Counted from the first letter of the stretch, positions 47,621 through 60,600 are shown. The stretch is DNA of 64,000 nucleotides from Bilabrum cf. latius (GCA_965178125.1 OZ237773.1:434001-498000), one strand, 5' to 3'. The notes: generated from the sequence alone by a model not told the origin. Numbers and translations: made by a program.

Positions 47621-48894
47621 TCACCTGCCCCCGTCAGCAGCGCCGCTCCCCCCGTCTTCCCCTCTCGCCTGTTCCTGTTCATGTACCTTCGCTTTTGCCT
47701 TGGCATTTGCCTGGGCCCCGAACATGGCCTGCAGCGAAGCGGAGCCCCCGGCCTTGGCGGCTCGAGAGGCCCGGGCGGAGGCATTGCGCTCCCGCTCTTT
47801 GACGCGGCTGGCAGCGCGGACTGCCTCCTCTCTGCGGTACAGTGCATTGCATTGCATTGCATTGCATTGGGGTGCAGGAGGGATGGGCGTTGGCGAATGG
47901 AACGGCGCACAAGCGAGAAAGCCAAGCGAGGCCGAGCAAATGAAGTGACGCCGTGTGGGCCGCTGTATGGACCGGCACTGCAGGCACGTCCCAATTGTCC
48001 CCGCCTGCTCCATGTGTCCTCGGCTTGACAACTCAACTCACGCGGCCTTGAGCGGGAGGTCCTCCCTCAGGAAATCGAGGGCCTGGTGTCGGCGGACTGC
48101 CCGTGCCACGTCTGCCTCGTGGACCTGTCTGCGCCTGCCGCTCGTGGCCTCAGTGGCGGCCCCTCTGGCGAGGCATTCCACAACGGATTCCTGCAGGGTG
48201 CATGGCATGGTACTGTCCAGAAAGAGAATGTGTGTCAAATGCCACTGGCAGAGGGGGTCAAGGGGCGAGCCGGTCGGGATCGGTGCTTCGACAGATGAGC
48301 GCCGCTGCTGCACTCTCTCACTGCTGCCTTCGCGAGCAAGAACACTGCTTCCTTCGAGACCGTCTTAACGTCTGCATCGGCTTTCAGGACTCGTTTGACA
48401 CGGGCGATCGGGAAAACAGTGGTGTTTTGCTCATCGCCCTGCACCGCCGCCGCAGAGGCTTTCACGACTGGGCCATACTTGGCCTCGTACTGCTTCATCT
48501 GCTCGGTGTACGACACCCGCATAACGTCTACCTCCTCTTGAAACTTCTGTGATTGATGGCCAAGAATGAATTAGGCCGCGTGCTCGGGTGTTACAGGCAC
48601 GCATGAAGTCGACCAAGTATGTTGATGCGAACTCACCGCTCGTGCAGCGTCATCGAGAGCCTTCCATTCAGCTCCAAGCTATTTTGCAACATCCGATACC
48701 CCAAAAGCTGCGTTAAACCGCAAAAATGTGATAGATCAGTGCATAAAAGGAGAAATGTAGCCACGAGATATAGAAAAATTGAAGAGTAGCTCACCAGGAT
48801 TGCTTTTCTTTACATCCTGCCTTCTAGTCGAGCAAAACAAGAAAAACGCTGTTGGTGGTTTCTTTGGCGGGGCAGGAGCCTCCGTTGCAGCCAT
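47621..48894 (-). CDS. HMG-box + NF-YC/DPB3/CHRAC-like histone-fold protein
   Basis: Five predicted exons: PKKPPTAFFLFC..VKKSNP / VSDVAK*LGAEWKALDD (HMG box), then FPIARVKRVLKADADVKTVSKEAVFLLAKAA / ..LDFLREDLP (histone fold). TAG at 48681-48679. Confidence 0.78.
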
Positions 48895-49101
48895 CCTTCA
48901 ACGACACTACACGCCAACAATTCAAATGTTTGTTTGTGTGTGGTTCCGCTAGTAGAATTGCGCGGCGTAGGCACGAAGCAGTCGGATTCGGAATGAGTAC
49001 ACTGTTGGCAAAAACTGGAGCTGCCGAGAACGCAGCAGATTCCCCACTGATCACCAGTTTTTTTACTGTATTAAGTGCCTCAAGACTTTGTATTGGTACT
49101 C

Positions 49102-51147
49102 ATGGAGTTTTGTCCGTACGAAAAGATGCGGCACATCATCCCTAGGGGAGTCCCAGAATCCGCACCGTTCGCAGTGCTAGAAAAGATTCATGGTGCCAAC
49201 ATGTAGATTATCGCATCGCTGTCGGGCAGCGAAATTTCCATCGGATTTGCAAGTCGGAGGAAGCTATTGGCAGATGATGCGAGCTTCTTTGGATTCTAGC
49301 CGCTCGCAGCCAAGCTTCGCAGCCCAATGACTGCGCTCGCTAGAACCGTCCGGAAGGCCATGGCATCGGCCGGCATCGACATCGTTCAGGTATCTGCCTA
49401 TGGTGAACTGTATGGTGGTGTTTGGCCTCGGTCGCTTGGTGGCTCTGACAGGCACTGCCAGGCGGTCCAGACGAAGCCTCTCGTGTACTACTCGCCGGGG
49501 CACCACTGGAGCGGGTTCGACGTGACGGTGCATCTGGCCCCGGGAGAAGGAGAAGGAGAATCTGTTGTTGTGGGAGGGGCTACCGGGGATGGAAGTTCAC
49601 CTGAAGGCGCCGCGGACCCACTGGCAGCCTCGCTGGCAGGGGAGGGCAAGGCACTGCTGGGGACAGGAGCAAGAGCAGGGGCAGGGGCAAGAGCAGGGGC
49701 AGAGGCAGGGGCAGGGGCAGGGGCAAAGGGTGGCACCGCCGACTCCGACTCCGGTTCAGATACCGATTCCGAATCCGGCCGGCAGTTCCTGGACTGGCCC
49801 GTGGTGCGAGCCCTCTTCCGCCGGGCGGGCTTGCGGACCCCCCCTGTGCTGGCTGGACGAGCCACGCGGGGGGAGGCGGCCGGTTGGGAGCTGCCGATGG
49901 AGAGCCGGGTGCCTGCAGTGCACTGCGGCGGTGAGGGGCTGCCGGCGGACATCGAGGAGGGCAGGGACGCAGAAGGGGTGGTGGTCAAGTGCTGGGCAGA
50001 GCGGCCTGGGCAGGGGCTCCCCCTGGAGTGCAGGCGGGCGATGGCCAAGGAGCTGGCGGTGGAGCTGGGCGAGGGGGCTGAAGGGCGGGAGTACATGGCC
50101 GCGCTTGGTGTGAGGAGTGAGGGAGCGGCAGCGGCGGAGGCGCAACCAGCAGGTGGATCAGGAGCTAGTGACGCAGATGCTGACTCGGGCGCATCGGACA
50201 GCAGTGGGCACCGAGCCATCGCGCCGTGGTTGTCTGCCATTCTGGGCATGCGGCGGGGCAAGAAGCCCCCCGCCCGGATCGTGGCCAAGATCAAGTGCGC
50301 CCGCTTCGAGGAGGCGCACGGGGCGAGCTGGAAGGGGGCCGCTGGAAAGGGGGGGGTGTTCCCCGAGGGGTGCGGCCCCGACGTGGGGGGCACGGGTCTG
50401 GAACGCGATTTGCTGCGGGAGTGCACTCGGCGGCTGACCGATGGGCGACTGGGGGCGTGTCAGAGCAAGGTGGATGCCCCCCCTGAGGGGGCGCGGGGGG
50501 CGGTGCTGGGGGTGCTGGCGGGTAGGCTGCAGGACTTGGAGGAGAGGAGAGCGGCGAGGGCCAGGGGGCGGGGCAAGGGGAAGGGCAAGGGCAAGGGGAA
50601 GGGCAAGGGCAAGGGGAAGGGCAAGGGCAAGGGGAAGAAGGGGAGCAAGGCAGCTGGTGGCAGCGAAGGCACCGTCACTGGGCTGCGCGATGGTGCTGAC
50701 TTGGACGCGTTCGATGCTGCGGTGCGGGCGGCGGGGCCTCTCTCGGTGGAGGCCTGGGGTGCATCGCATGGCGGCGCAGAGGCGGGCGGGGGTGTATCGA
50801 GATGGGTGCACTGCATGGCGGTGGAGGTGGGCAGCGACCTGTAGGGGGAGCTGCTTGCGGGGTATCCTGGCGAGATGGGCAGGCTGCAGGGGGCGGAGGA
50901 GAGGGAGAGGGAGAGGGCGGGGGAGTTGGCCGGGGAGGAGGAGGAGGGCGTCGCCGGGGGTGATGCGGCAGCCGGGGAGGAGGGGGGTGAGGAGGGTGCG
51001 GAAGAGGCACCGTGGGTGCATGCCTGGCGGTCCATCGAGGAGGGGCTCCGGGGGGATGAGGGTGCGGGGCTGTCGCCTGCCCTCGCCAAGGGGATGGTGC
51101 TGCCGTTCTTGGAGGCACTGGCTGTGTACCTGGAGCCTGTGGAGTGA
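49102..51147 (+). CDS. Rnl2-family ATP-dependent RNA ligase-like protein, 681 aa
   Basis: Nucleotidyltransferase motifs in order: EKIHGAN (I), ASRR (Ia), YGELYGG (III), GFDV (IIIa), AEGVVVK (IV), AKIK..RFEE (V). TAG at 49204, 49297 and 50842; ends TGA. Confidence 0.8.
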
Positions 51148-51311
51148 TCTATAGATGATGGACCCTTTGTGCCGGCCTCGCCTGGGATCAGACTTGTCAT
51201 ATTTAGGCGCCGCGAGTTGAGTTCCGCAATCAATGCAGTAGATCTACCGGGCACGAATAGTCCAACCAAATTGACTGCAACGTTCAGTATCGTGGGAATG
51301 CGCAAGTAATT

Positions 51312-53600
51312 ATGGCTTCTAGTAATGTAGATAAGCTGGAACGCGAGCTAGATGGTGCCTAGCCAGTCAAGATTGCATATCAAGGAGACCACTGCGGCAC
51401 TTCGGTGCTTCCTGGCCCTCCAAATGTTCGGAACATCATCATGTGTGAACTGTCGGAACGATTTGCTTATTATGGTATGAGAGCTATCCTGGTCCTATAT
51501 CTGGTAGACAAGCTTGGCTTCAGCGAGGCGCAAGCCACGGCTGCGTTTCTCTACTGGTCGGCTGTCTGCTACTTCGTCCCGCTGCTCGGCGGTATCCTAG
51601 CAGATTCGTTCCTCGGAAAGTACATGACTATCTTAAGCTTCACTGCGATATACTGGACGGGAACTGTGACTCTAGCAGTCTCTGCCCTCTTTGACAGCTC
51701 CGTGCTTGCCTTCTTGGGCCTTGCGTTGATCGCGCTTGGCACGGGTGGCATCAAGCCCTGCGTCGCCGCCTTTGGCGCGCTGCAGGTTCAGTCGCCTGCC
51801 TGGATCCGCGTGCTGCAGAAGCGTCGCAGGGACGCGGAGCCCGGTGAGGAACCCCCTTCGTCAGAGGAGGAGGAGCGCAGGTACTTTTCGGTGTTTTATT
51901 TCTCCATTAACACGGGGTCTGTCGTGAGCTACATCGTCGTGCCGTAGCTAAGGGAGCACGTCGGATTCCCTGCCGCGTTTGGACTGACGGCCGTGCTGCT
52001 GGGTGCCTCCTTGCTCGCCTTCTGGTGGCCCCGCCTCGAGTACCTCATGGACGAGCCCAAGGGCAGCGTGGTGGTCGAAGTGGGGAGGGTGATTTCGGCT
52101 GCCTGCGCCGCCCACCGCAGGAGAAGGGGCGCGTGCTGGTGCTGCTCCTGCTCGCGGGCAGACGACACCGGCTTGGACTCAGGCGCAGATGCAGCGGGCC
52201 AGCCCCTTCCCCTAGATGTCCCCAGCTCGGCCTCCTCCTCCTCCCCCTCCTCCTCCTCTTCTTCGGCAGCACCGGGCACTGGTTCGGGTGAGGCGCGCGG
52301 TGCCGCAGTGGTGGGTCTGGTGGACGCCGAGGCGGGCCAGGGAACAATTGCAGCGGGCGAGGAGAAGCGAGAGAGAGGAGTAGGAAGAGGAGGCTCCCCC
52401 GCGCACCCGCCCGCCGATGGATTTGTTCCCTCAGGTCGGGGCCAGCGCTCGGGGGCTCCGCAGCTGCCCACCACCATGTCAGCCTCTGGCCGTCTTGCTG
52501 CCCCGGCGCTCACTGACGCCTCTCCGCTGCTGCGCCCCACCACCGCGAGCGGAGGTGCATCGCACGGCAGCGCGGACCCGGTGCTGGCAGGCCGGCAGGA
52601 GGACGAGGAGCTGGCCCGTGAGCTGGCCTAGCACAGGGCCCGGCTGAGGGACCAGGCGGGCTGGCTGAACGCAGCGCGGGGCGAGATGCCCGACTGGCTG
52701 GTGGAGGCCACTGCCCAGGTGCTGCAGATCCTGCCAGTGCTGCTGGTGTTCATCCCCTTCTGGACTCTGTTTGACCAGCAGGGGGCCACGTGGACACTGC
52801 AGGCCAAGCACATGAAGCTGTACGGGCTGCAGCCGGACAACATCGGCGTGCTCAACCCGATGCTGTGCCTGGTCTTCATCCCGCTCTATGAGAAAGTGCT
52901 CGTCCCAGCCATGAACGCCTGCAAGCACGTCGTCCATGTCACTCCATTGCGGCGCGTTGGGGCCGGCATGCTGCTGGCAGCTGGCTCCTTCACCCTGGCC
53001 TACTTCGTGCAGCTGCTGGTAGACCGCTCCTCGGATGGTGAGGTGAGCGTGCTGCTGCAGGTGCCACAGTACGTCACCATCACCTTTGCCGAGATCCTGG
53101 TGTCACTCACCGGCCTGCACTTTGCATTCTCCCAGGCCCCCGCCAGCATGCAGGGGACCATCCTGGCCTTGTGGTACGCGGCCACAGGGCTAGGAGACTT
53201 GCTCGGTGGCGTGCTGTACACGGCCTTCGAGGATCTGCCCCAGTCCACGCTCTTCCTGATATGCGCGGGGCTGATCGCAGTGGCCTTCCTGGTGCACCTG
53301 GCAGTGTCCGTGCCGTACAAGCCCAGGCCCAGGCTGTCGGATCGGGCCCAGGAGCTGCTGGACAAGCAGAAGGAGGAGGAGGCCATGGAGGGCGGGCATG
53401 GAGGCATGGATCGAATGGAGGAGGACGGTGACGATGATGATGGAGAGAGCGTGTCTGGGATCTCAATGGCGGGCATGACACGCGGGGAGCGGGGGACTGC
53501 TGCGGGGGCGGGGCCGGACGCATCCCCGGCGTGGTCCGTAGGACGGGAGGAGGGGGGCGGGGACAGGGGCAGGGGAGGGTACGGCAGCGGCAGCGGGTGA
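51312..53600 (+). CDS. Proton-dependent oligopeptide transporter (POT/PTR, SLC15 family), 762 aa
   Basis: ELSERFAYYGMR (ExxERFxYYG motif), LADSFLGKY, GTGGIKPCV, FSVFYFSINTGS, FWTLFDQQG, SQAPASMQ. TAG at 51360, 51945 and 52629. Confidence 0.93.
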
Positions 53601-53790
53601 GGGTGGGGAGATGCACCGGCTTTTTATTAAGAGGCGGATAGGTGGTGCATATCAGTGATCTAGGCGATGCATGGCATTCTATTTAGTGATTGAATGCTAT
53701 GTGCCGACTACCTGGTCTCGATGGCCTAGGCCTAGACCGTCAATCTGTCTTCACGCAAAGATGTGGTTCCTCCTCCGCTGCCCCACAGGC

Positions 53791-54729
53791 TCACCCCTTG
53801 GCCTCCCTGGCCCGCTGCCGAGTGCGCGCGGCCTTGTCCGCCTTCATCCTCTCGAGCCGCTGCTGCTGCTCCAGCTCCCTCTTGACGTTCTGGTAGCGCT
53901 GCAGCAGCCGCTCCAGTGCGATCTGCCGCTGCCTCTTTTGCTCACCCTTGCCCTACTGAATGCGTTTCTTGAGTGCCTCCAGCTCGAGCCTGAGCTTCTG
54001 CTTGAAGCGCATCTCCTTCTGGTACATGTCAGCCTGCCGCTCGTTGTTCCACTTCTCCTCCTCCCAGGACATCAGCTCGTCGGCTTTCTGCTTCATCTTC
54101 GCGGCTTCTTTGTAGTGTTTCTACTTTGCAAGCGTTTCCTGGATTTTCCTGAGCTCCAAGTACTCGCGCGAGTGCCGCGGGATGCTGCCTTTGGCAATGA
54201 GTCTCTGCTGGAAATCGCGCAGCTCTGCCGCATGCCTCTCCTTCATCGCGAGGATCAACTTCGCAGCATTTTCTTCGTATTCTGCCATCTTTTTGTCCCA
54301 AAGCAAATTGAACTGCTGAAATTCTAGCATGTGGGCCTCCTCAATGCCTAGCCGTTCCGCCAACTGCCTGGCACGAAGGGCCTCCCTCCTTCGGTTCTCT
54401 TCGTGCACCCGCAATTCATCCAGGCGTTTTCGTGCAATCTCGGCTTCAGTGTATTTTCCCAGTTTTTCGCAATTTCGTCTGTGCTCTTCCAAAATATTGA
54501 TGAAATCTTGCACAGCCTCGTCCTCGAACTCCAAGTCAGCAGCTGATCGGGCGGCACCTGTGCCACCCCCAGCCGGGTAGCTAGCTTGCATACTATACCC
54601 GGATCGGCCCATTGCGCTTGCACCCCCTGTGGCAGCCCCCCCCGAAGACACAGGAGGTAAAGCGACTGCGCCTGCAGACCCTCCTCCGCCGCCGTATGGG
54701 ACCATGTCGCCGCCACCGTACCTTGCCAT
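53791..54729 (-). CDS. Coiled-coil protein of unknown function
   Basis: Continuous heptad-like frame LEEHRRNCEKLGKYTEAE..QETLAK*KHYKEA..LLQRYQNVKRELE. TAG at 54123 and 53955. The TGA at 53793-53791 could instead be part of a splice donor. Confidence 0.7.
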
Positions 54730-54958
54730 AGAAACAATACCGATAAGTTACAGAAAATAGGAGCGTGGCAAAGATGCGAGTGGTTGATTACGATTTGTGG
54801 CGCAGTTGCAGCGTCGCCCGCGACCGGATTTGTGTGACAAAAGGCCACGCTACAAAGCCAGAAACTAGGCACGCTAGAAACATACCGGACCAGCCATATC
54901 TTCATTAAATTTGTATAGGATATCGTTCCTTTTACTGTTCTGGTGCGTGCTGGACGTC

Positions 54959-57900
54959 ATGAGCGGTTCCTTTGTGGATTTATTGAGCTTGGTTGCTCCA
55001 CTGCAACTGCGAGACCGACACACCGATGATTTCGAACCAGGAGCCTCAATCGTAACACTTGAGCAGCTGGATCGTGTCGACTAGTAGCTATCGCATGTAT
55101 GCTCCAGAGATTGCGATTGGCATGCAGGGGACGTGATGCTAGCGATGCCGGTGCCATCAGCCGTGTTGGCTGGTGTGGCCATCCTGCACCCCAGGACCCG
55201 ACCGCGCGTTGAATTGCCCGACCATCGCTCAACCTCACTTCAAACATCCGTGTGGGCGCGTCCCCCCGAATCCATGCGGTTGTCTAGCGCTGGCATGCTC
55301 CGAATGGCATCTTCCTCCCAGGTTCGTCCAGCTACTGCCATCGATGTGGAGCTGTGGGCCGGACAGAGGGAGCACCAGCGGGCCGATGCGCCTGCTCAGT
55401 ATTCACGAGTGCCATAGCTGGAGCGCCGCATCGCATGGACGGCTCTCCGGATGCTGCTGCTGGACCTGGTCCTGTGTCCCGGCTGCCTCGTGGCCCTCCC
55501 CTCCTCGCTGCTCAAGCGGGTGTGTCCGCGGCTGGAAGGTCTGCACATGGGCAGGACAGACGAGATTTAGTAGAGTGCTGGAGGTTCGAATGGGGCTGGT
55601 GGTGCCCGCGTGTTCGTTCGGGTCACTGGCGCCTCTCCGGGGCAGTCGAGGGGGGCAGGAGGCGGGATGGGGATGGTGAGGGTAGGGCGGGACACTTCGG
55701 TGCTGTACACTAATAGGAGCGCTGGGGGGGTTCATGCAGAGGGTGGTGAAAGAGGCAGCACCACCACATCATCATCATCATCACTATCGTTGTTGTTAGC
55801 ACAGGCTCCTCCTTCCATGTCCCGGGCCTGGGACCCGATGGCTCCATCGACTGCCGTGGTGGGGCTGGCAGAGCCCTTGGCCCGTATGCGGGCGCTGGCA
55901 ATGGGTCCGCTGATGTGGGGCCGCAGATTGTTGCCACCACACTTGCTCCGAGGTAGACCACAGCACGTACCGTCTTGCACTGCACTTGTATCTGGGCCTG
56001 CGGGGAGTGGGAAATCGGCTCTTATCCGAGCCATCGCGAATGAGGCATGGGCGCTTGGAATTGCTGTGCGACTCGTGACGGTGCAGTGCGCTGCACTCAT
56101 GGGAGGCCGCATCGGGCAGGCTGAGACTGCCCTGACCCGGGCCTGCAAACGGGCTGCAGCGTTCCTGGAACACTGTGGGACTGGAGGGGCGGGCGCTGGA
56201 GCCGAGGCAGCACCGGTGGTGGTAGGGGGTGACACCAGTGGAGCGGGCGGGAATGCAAGGGATAGGGAGGATGTGACAGGAGGGTGGTGGCCCCTGGGTG
56301 CCAGCGTGCCCACTCGTCACGATCGAGGAGGGTCAGGCTCAGGGTCAGGCTCAGGGTTTGCCTGGGTGCATGCCGCATTCCCGTCAGACGGTGTGGTGGT
56401 GGAGGACTTGGTGCCTAATTTGCATGGGGTGGGTCAGAAGCAGGGGCAAGGGTAGTCTCCAGTGGATGGCCCGAGGCTGTCCATGCTGGTGCTGGAGGGC
56501 ATCGATGCGATCGCTCCCACCGGGCTGGGCAGCTGCCTGGCAGCAGTGGACTCCCCCCAGGCAGCGGCAGCCAGGGCCAGCGTAAGGCTGGTGCAGCTGC
56601 TGCGGGGTGCCAAGGCAATGGCGCGCATGCACCACCGTGAGAGTGTTGGGGCGGTTGGGAGCAGGCAGGGGGAAATGAAGGCCATGGCCGAGGAGACGCT
56701 GGATCGACTGCTGGCTGCTGCCCACGGTATTCCCGACGGAGGTGTGACGAGTGCGGCCAGTGGTCGACCTTCTCCCGGTCAAGGGTCGCCAATGTCCGTG
56801 TTTGCGGGCCTGGATCCTGCCGGAGACGCGGCTGCAGATCCAGTGGGGCGGTGGGAGCACCTGCAAGAGGAGGGCAGTGCCTGGCAGCAACCAGCGGAGG
56901 AGGGCAGTCGTGGCATGGACGGTAGGAGAGGGGCCGAGGCAGAGGATGCATCGGGTGAATGCGACGAGTGGGCCTCACAGCAACTGAGACACATGGCGGT
57001 ATTTGCCACAGCCCGTGGAGCACAGGAAGTGGCACCACTGCTGCGCGGGCAGGAGGGGCTGGAGGAGGCCGTGGAGCTGCCCGCCATGGGCCCGGACGAG
57101 AGAGCAGAGGCCCTCGTGGTGTTTGTAAAGAGGGGTTGCGTGCGGGGGAGTCGGGGTGGGGGAGGAGGAGATGGAGATGGGGGTGATACTATGCCTCCCG
57201 GTCTCGAGGCGTGGCTCCGATCGTTTGCGGCCTCGCTGTCGGGGTACAGCGCGGCGGAGCTGAAGGCCCTCGCCGCTGCTGCCCTCAGGAGACACCAGGG
57301 GGGAGAGAATCCGAGAGAGGGGGCTGGCGGGGGGGCTGGCGGGGGGGCTGGAGGGGGGGCTGGAGGGGGGGCTGGAGGGGGGGCTGGCGGGGGGGCTGGT
57401 CGAGGAGAAGAACAAGAAGCCGATGGTCCACACCGCGGTGTAGAAGGCGAGAGCGAGAACGACGGCGAGAACGAGGGTGAGGAAGGGAGCTGGCTTGACT
57501 TGCTGGATGAGGCCGGGCCAGTGGCAGCGGGCGGTGACACCGACCTGCCTGCAGGAGCTGGACACGTAGATGATGCAACAGGTCCTGCATCTCTTTGGCC
57601 AAGCCGGGACGCATTTGAGACGGCCGCCGCGCACGACGTGCGCCCCGCAGGCGTGTCGGCGTTGGGGCGTGGGGTATCGGCCGTGTCCTGGTCCTAGGTG
57701 GGCGGCGTGCGCGGGCTTAAAGAGGCCGTGCAGAGGGCGATCGAGTGGCCCGTGCGGCACCGGGGCATCTTTAAGCTGCTTGGGCAGAGTCCACCCCGCG
57801 GGGTGCTGCTGTTTGGGCCTCCAGGCTGCTCCAAGACTCTGCTGGTGCGGGCTGCGGCGCAATCGGCCCGCGTGCCATTCTTCTCTCTGTCCGGCGCCGA

Positions 57901-58807
57901 CGTGTTCTCCAAGTACGTGGGTGAGACGGAGAGGACGCTGCGGTCCATCTTCCGGCGGGCCCGGGAGGCGGCCCCCTCGGTGCTCTTCTTCGACGAGGTG
58001 GATGCGGTGGTGGGCGGCAGGGCGGGGGCGGGGGCGGGAGGGGGCAGCGGGGAGTCGGACGGGGGTGCGTCCGCGGGCGTGCTGGCCACGTTCTTGACTG
58101 AGCTGGATGGGGTCGAGCAGTCTGACGGTGTGACGGTGGTGGCGGCCACGAACAGGCCCGAGCTGCTGGATGCTGCCCTGCTGCGGCCCGGGCGACTCGA
58201 CCTGAGGCTCATGGTGCTGCCGCCCGAGGGGGCCGCCGAGCGACTCGAGGTACTGCGGGTGCACTGCACGAAGCTGCCCCTGGACGAGGACGTTGACCTC
58301 AACGAAGTGGCCGCTGCCACGGCGCGCTTCACGGGTGCAGAGCTGGCTGCAGTGTGCAGGGAGGCGGGGCTGGCGGCGCTGCGCAGGACCATTCGGGAGA
58401 GGGAGTCAATGGAAGGGCAGGGGAGCGAAGAGGGTGCCAGTGTGACGAGCGCTGGGAAGCCGTGGGCAGACCTCGCTGCTGGTGTGACGAGTGAGAGGGG
58501 TGCAGATGAGCAGGCAGCCACGGCAGTGGGCCCCCCATCGGTTCGGCGGGAGGACTTTCAGCAGGCGATTGAACGGTCAGCTCCACTGTTCGGGGGCCCC
58601 GGGGGAGAAGCCCGTCTCAGGGCCGAGGTGGCGCGACTGAGGCGGTTCCAGGCGGGGGATGCGGGGGGTGCAGGGGGGCCGGGTGTGAGTGCCATGCTGG
58701 GGGAGGCGGGGGTGGCGGCAGGGGGAGCGGTCGGGGCGGGAGCTGGTGGATCTGGAGCGGATGAAAGTACGCAGGGCAACAGCAAGGGTGAGGGTGAGGG
58801 TGAGGGC

Positions 58808-58842
<35 letters not shown>

Positions 58843-58921
58843 CGAGGCCGCAGCACCATCCGGCTCGTGGGCAGCTGTTGCCCGAGGCGATCCTGGAGAT
58901 GGAACAGACCCCTGGGCATGA
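54959..58921 (+). CDS. Double-AAA ATPase, CDC48/AFG2(SPATA5)-like, with degenerate first AAA module, ~1320 aa
   Basis: D1 GPAGSGKS..LVLEGID; D2 VSWS*VGG, GVLLFGPPGCSKT, LFFDEVD, AATNRPELLDAALLRPGRLD. The GCSKT Walker A resembles AFG2/SPATA5. Seven in-frame TAG. Confidence 0.8.
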
Positions 58922-59444
58922 GTGCAGGCAGCTGTTGCCCGAGGCGATCCTGGAGATGGAACAGACCCCTGGGCATGAGTGCAGGCAGCTGTTGCCCGAG
59001 GCGATCCTGGAGATGGAACAGACCCCTGGGCATGAGTGCAGGCAGCTGTTGCCCGAGGCGATCCTGGAGATGGAACAGACCCCTGGGCATGAGTGCAGGC
59101 AGCTGTTGCCCGAGGCGATCCTGGAGATGGAACAGACCCCTGGGCATGAGTGCAGGCAGCTGTTGCCCGAGGCGATCCTGGAGATGGAACAGACCCCTGG
59201 GCATGAGTGCAGGCAGCTGTTGCCCGAGGCGATCCTGGAGATGGAACAGACCCCTGGGCATGAGTGCAGGCAGCTGTTGCCCGAGGCGATCCTGGAGATG
59301 GAACAGACCCCTGGGCATGAGTGCAGGCAGCTGTTGCCCGAGGCGATCCTGGAGATGGAACAGACCCCTGGGCATGAGTGCAGGCAGCTGTTGCCCGAGG
59401 CGATCCTGGAGATGGAACAGACCCCTGGGCATGAGTGCAGGCAG
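58870..59444 (+). repeat. 57-bp perfect tandem repeat, 10 copies
   Basis: Unit GGCAGCTGTTGCCCGAGGCGATCCTGGAGATGGAACAGACCCCTGGGCATGAGTGCA, head-to-tail with no spacers. Confidence 0.95.
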
Positions 59445-59798
59445 GGGAACCAAATGACGGTCGGTGCTATGGGATTGTACTGAACTGTGCGTGCCAAGCT
59501 CGCATTCATTATAGATGATGATGATTGAATGTAACGATACGACTTTTCATTCTATTGTCGACATGCAACACTGAGCAAGCTGATTGTTGGGGCAGCGCGC
59601 CTCTCCACTCGCGCACTTGTGGCACCGCAGCAGCTCCAGTTTTGACCAGAAGCGCCCAATCGCAGGCGATATCGACCGCCGCGCACTGCGCCTTGAGGCC
59701 AGGCTGAGAGCTGGAGGGAGCAACGTCGCGCGCACTGGCAGCCCCGGGCCTTGCCACGCAGCTGCTACTGGAAAATAATCAAGCAGCATAGTGCATGC

Positions 59799-60472
59799 TC
59801 ATGCCTTTATGGCAGCCGATGCAGTGGAGTCCTCGAGCTTGTTCATCTCCAGCACGGCGGCGAGTACCTCGGCGTGGGATGTCTCCAGCACCATGCCGCC
59901 CATCACGATCTCATCTAATATGTAGTGGACCTTGTCGCTATGGAAAATCACATCCAACTCGCACACGTTCTCGAAGCACTTGTCGAGAGTTTCTACGAAC
60001 ACTGCGAAGGGAAGGGGGGGGGATCACGAAGACACACATCGTTCTCGTGGCAAGCGGATCGTCCGGAGGCTTCCGCGCAAGATGTGCAACGTTCGAGACT
60101 CACCCTGCACCAAATCCAAAATTCCAAGCTCGGATTCGTTAGTGTCTACAGCAAACACAAAATAAAGAGTCGCATAGTGTCTGTAGATAAGCTTGACATC
60201 CTTGCCCCACTCGCTCAACGATCCACCCTCCAAGAAGTTGCACACAGAATCCGTGCGCTTTGATAGAAGGGTGTAAATTTCACGAACCAGCTTCTGCTGA
60301 GTAGCTTGATCCTGCGAAGCGGAAGGTGCTGAGCTGAAATCCAAGGCAGACGATGATGCAAGCAGCACGCAGCCGCCGGGGCTGTAGCATCGATCAAGCT
60401 CACAAATCGGTCGTAGCACTTAGTCAAGCGGGCTTTCCCGTGCGTATTAATGATATAGATAGCTCGGATCAT
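59799..60472 (-). CDS. AP3S: AP-3 adaptor complex sigma subunit
   Basis: MIRAIYIINTHGKARLTK, SKRTDSVCNFLEGGSL, KLIYRHYATLYFVFAVDTNESELGILDLVQ, VFVETLDKCFENVCELDVIFH. Two introns; no TAG. Confidence 0.92.
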
Positions 60473-60600
60473 GGTATCACGAATCAGATAGTACGAAACC
60501 TAACATTTTCATCGACATTGCGCCGCCCGAATTGTAACGTGCACGGAGCAGACAAACCAAACCCGACACAAAGTCGAAAGCAGCCAATTTTTCGCCCAAG

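Noticed and set aside
58870-59444. Possible CRISPR array
   Set aside because: Units are identical and contiguous with no unique spacers, there are no cas genes, and the context is eukaryotic.
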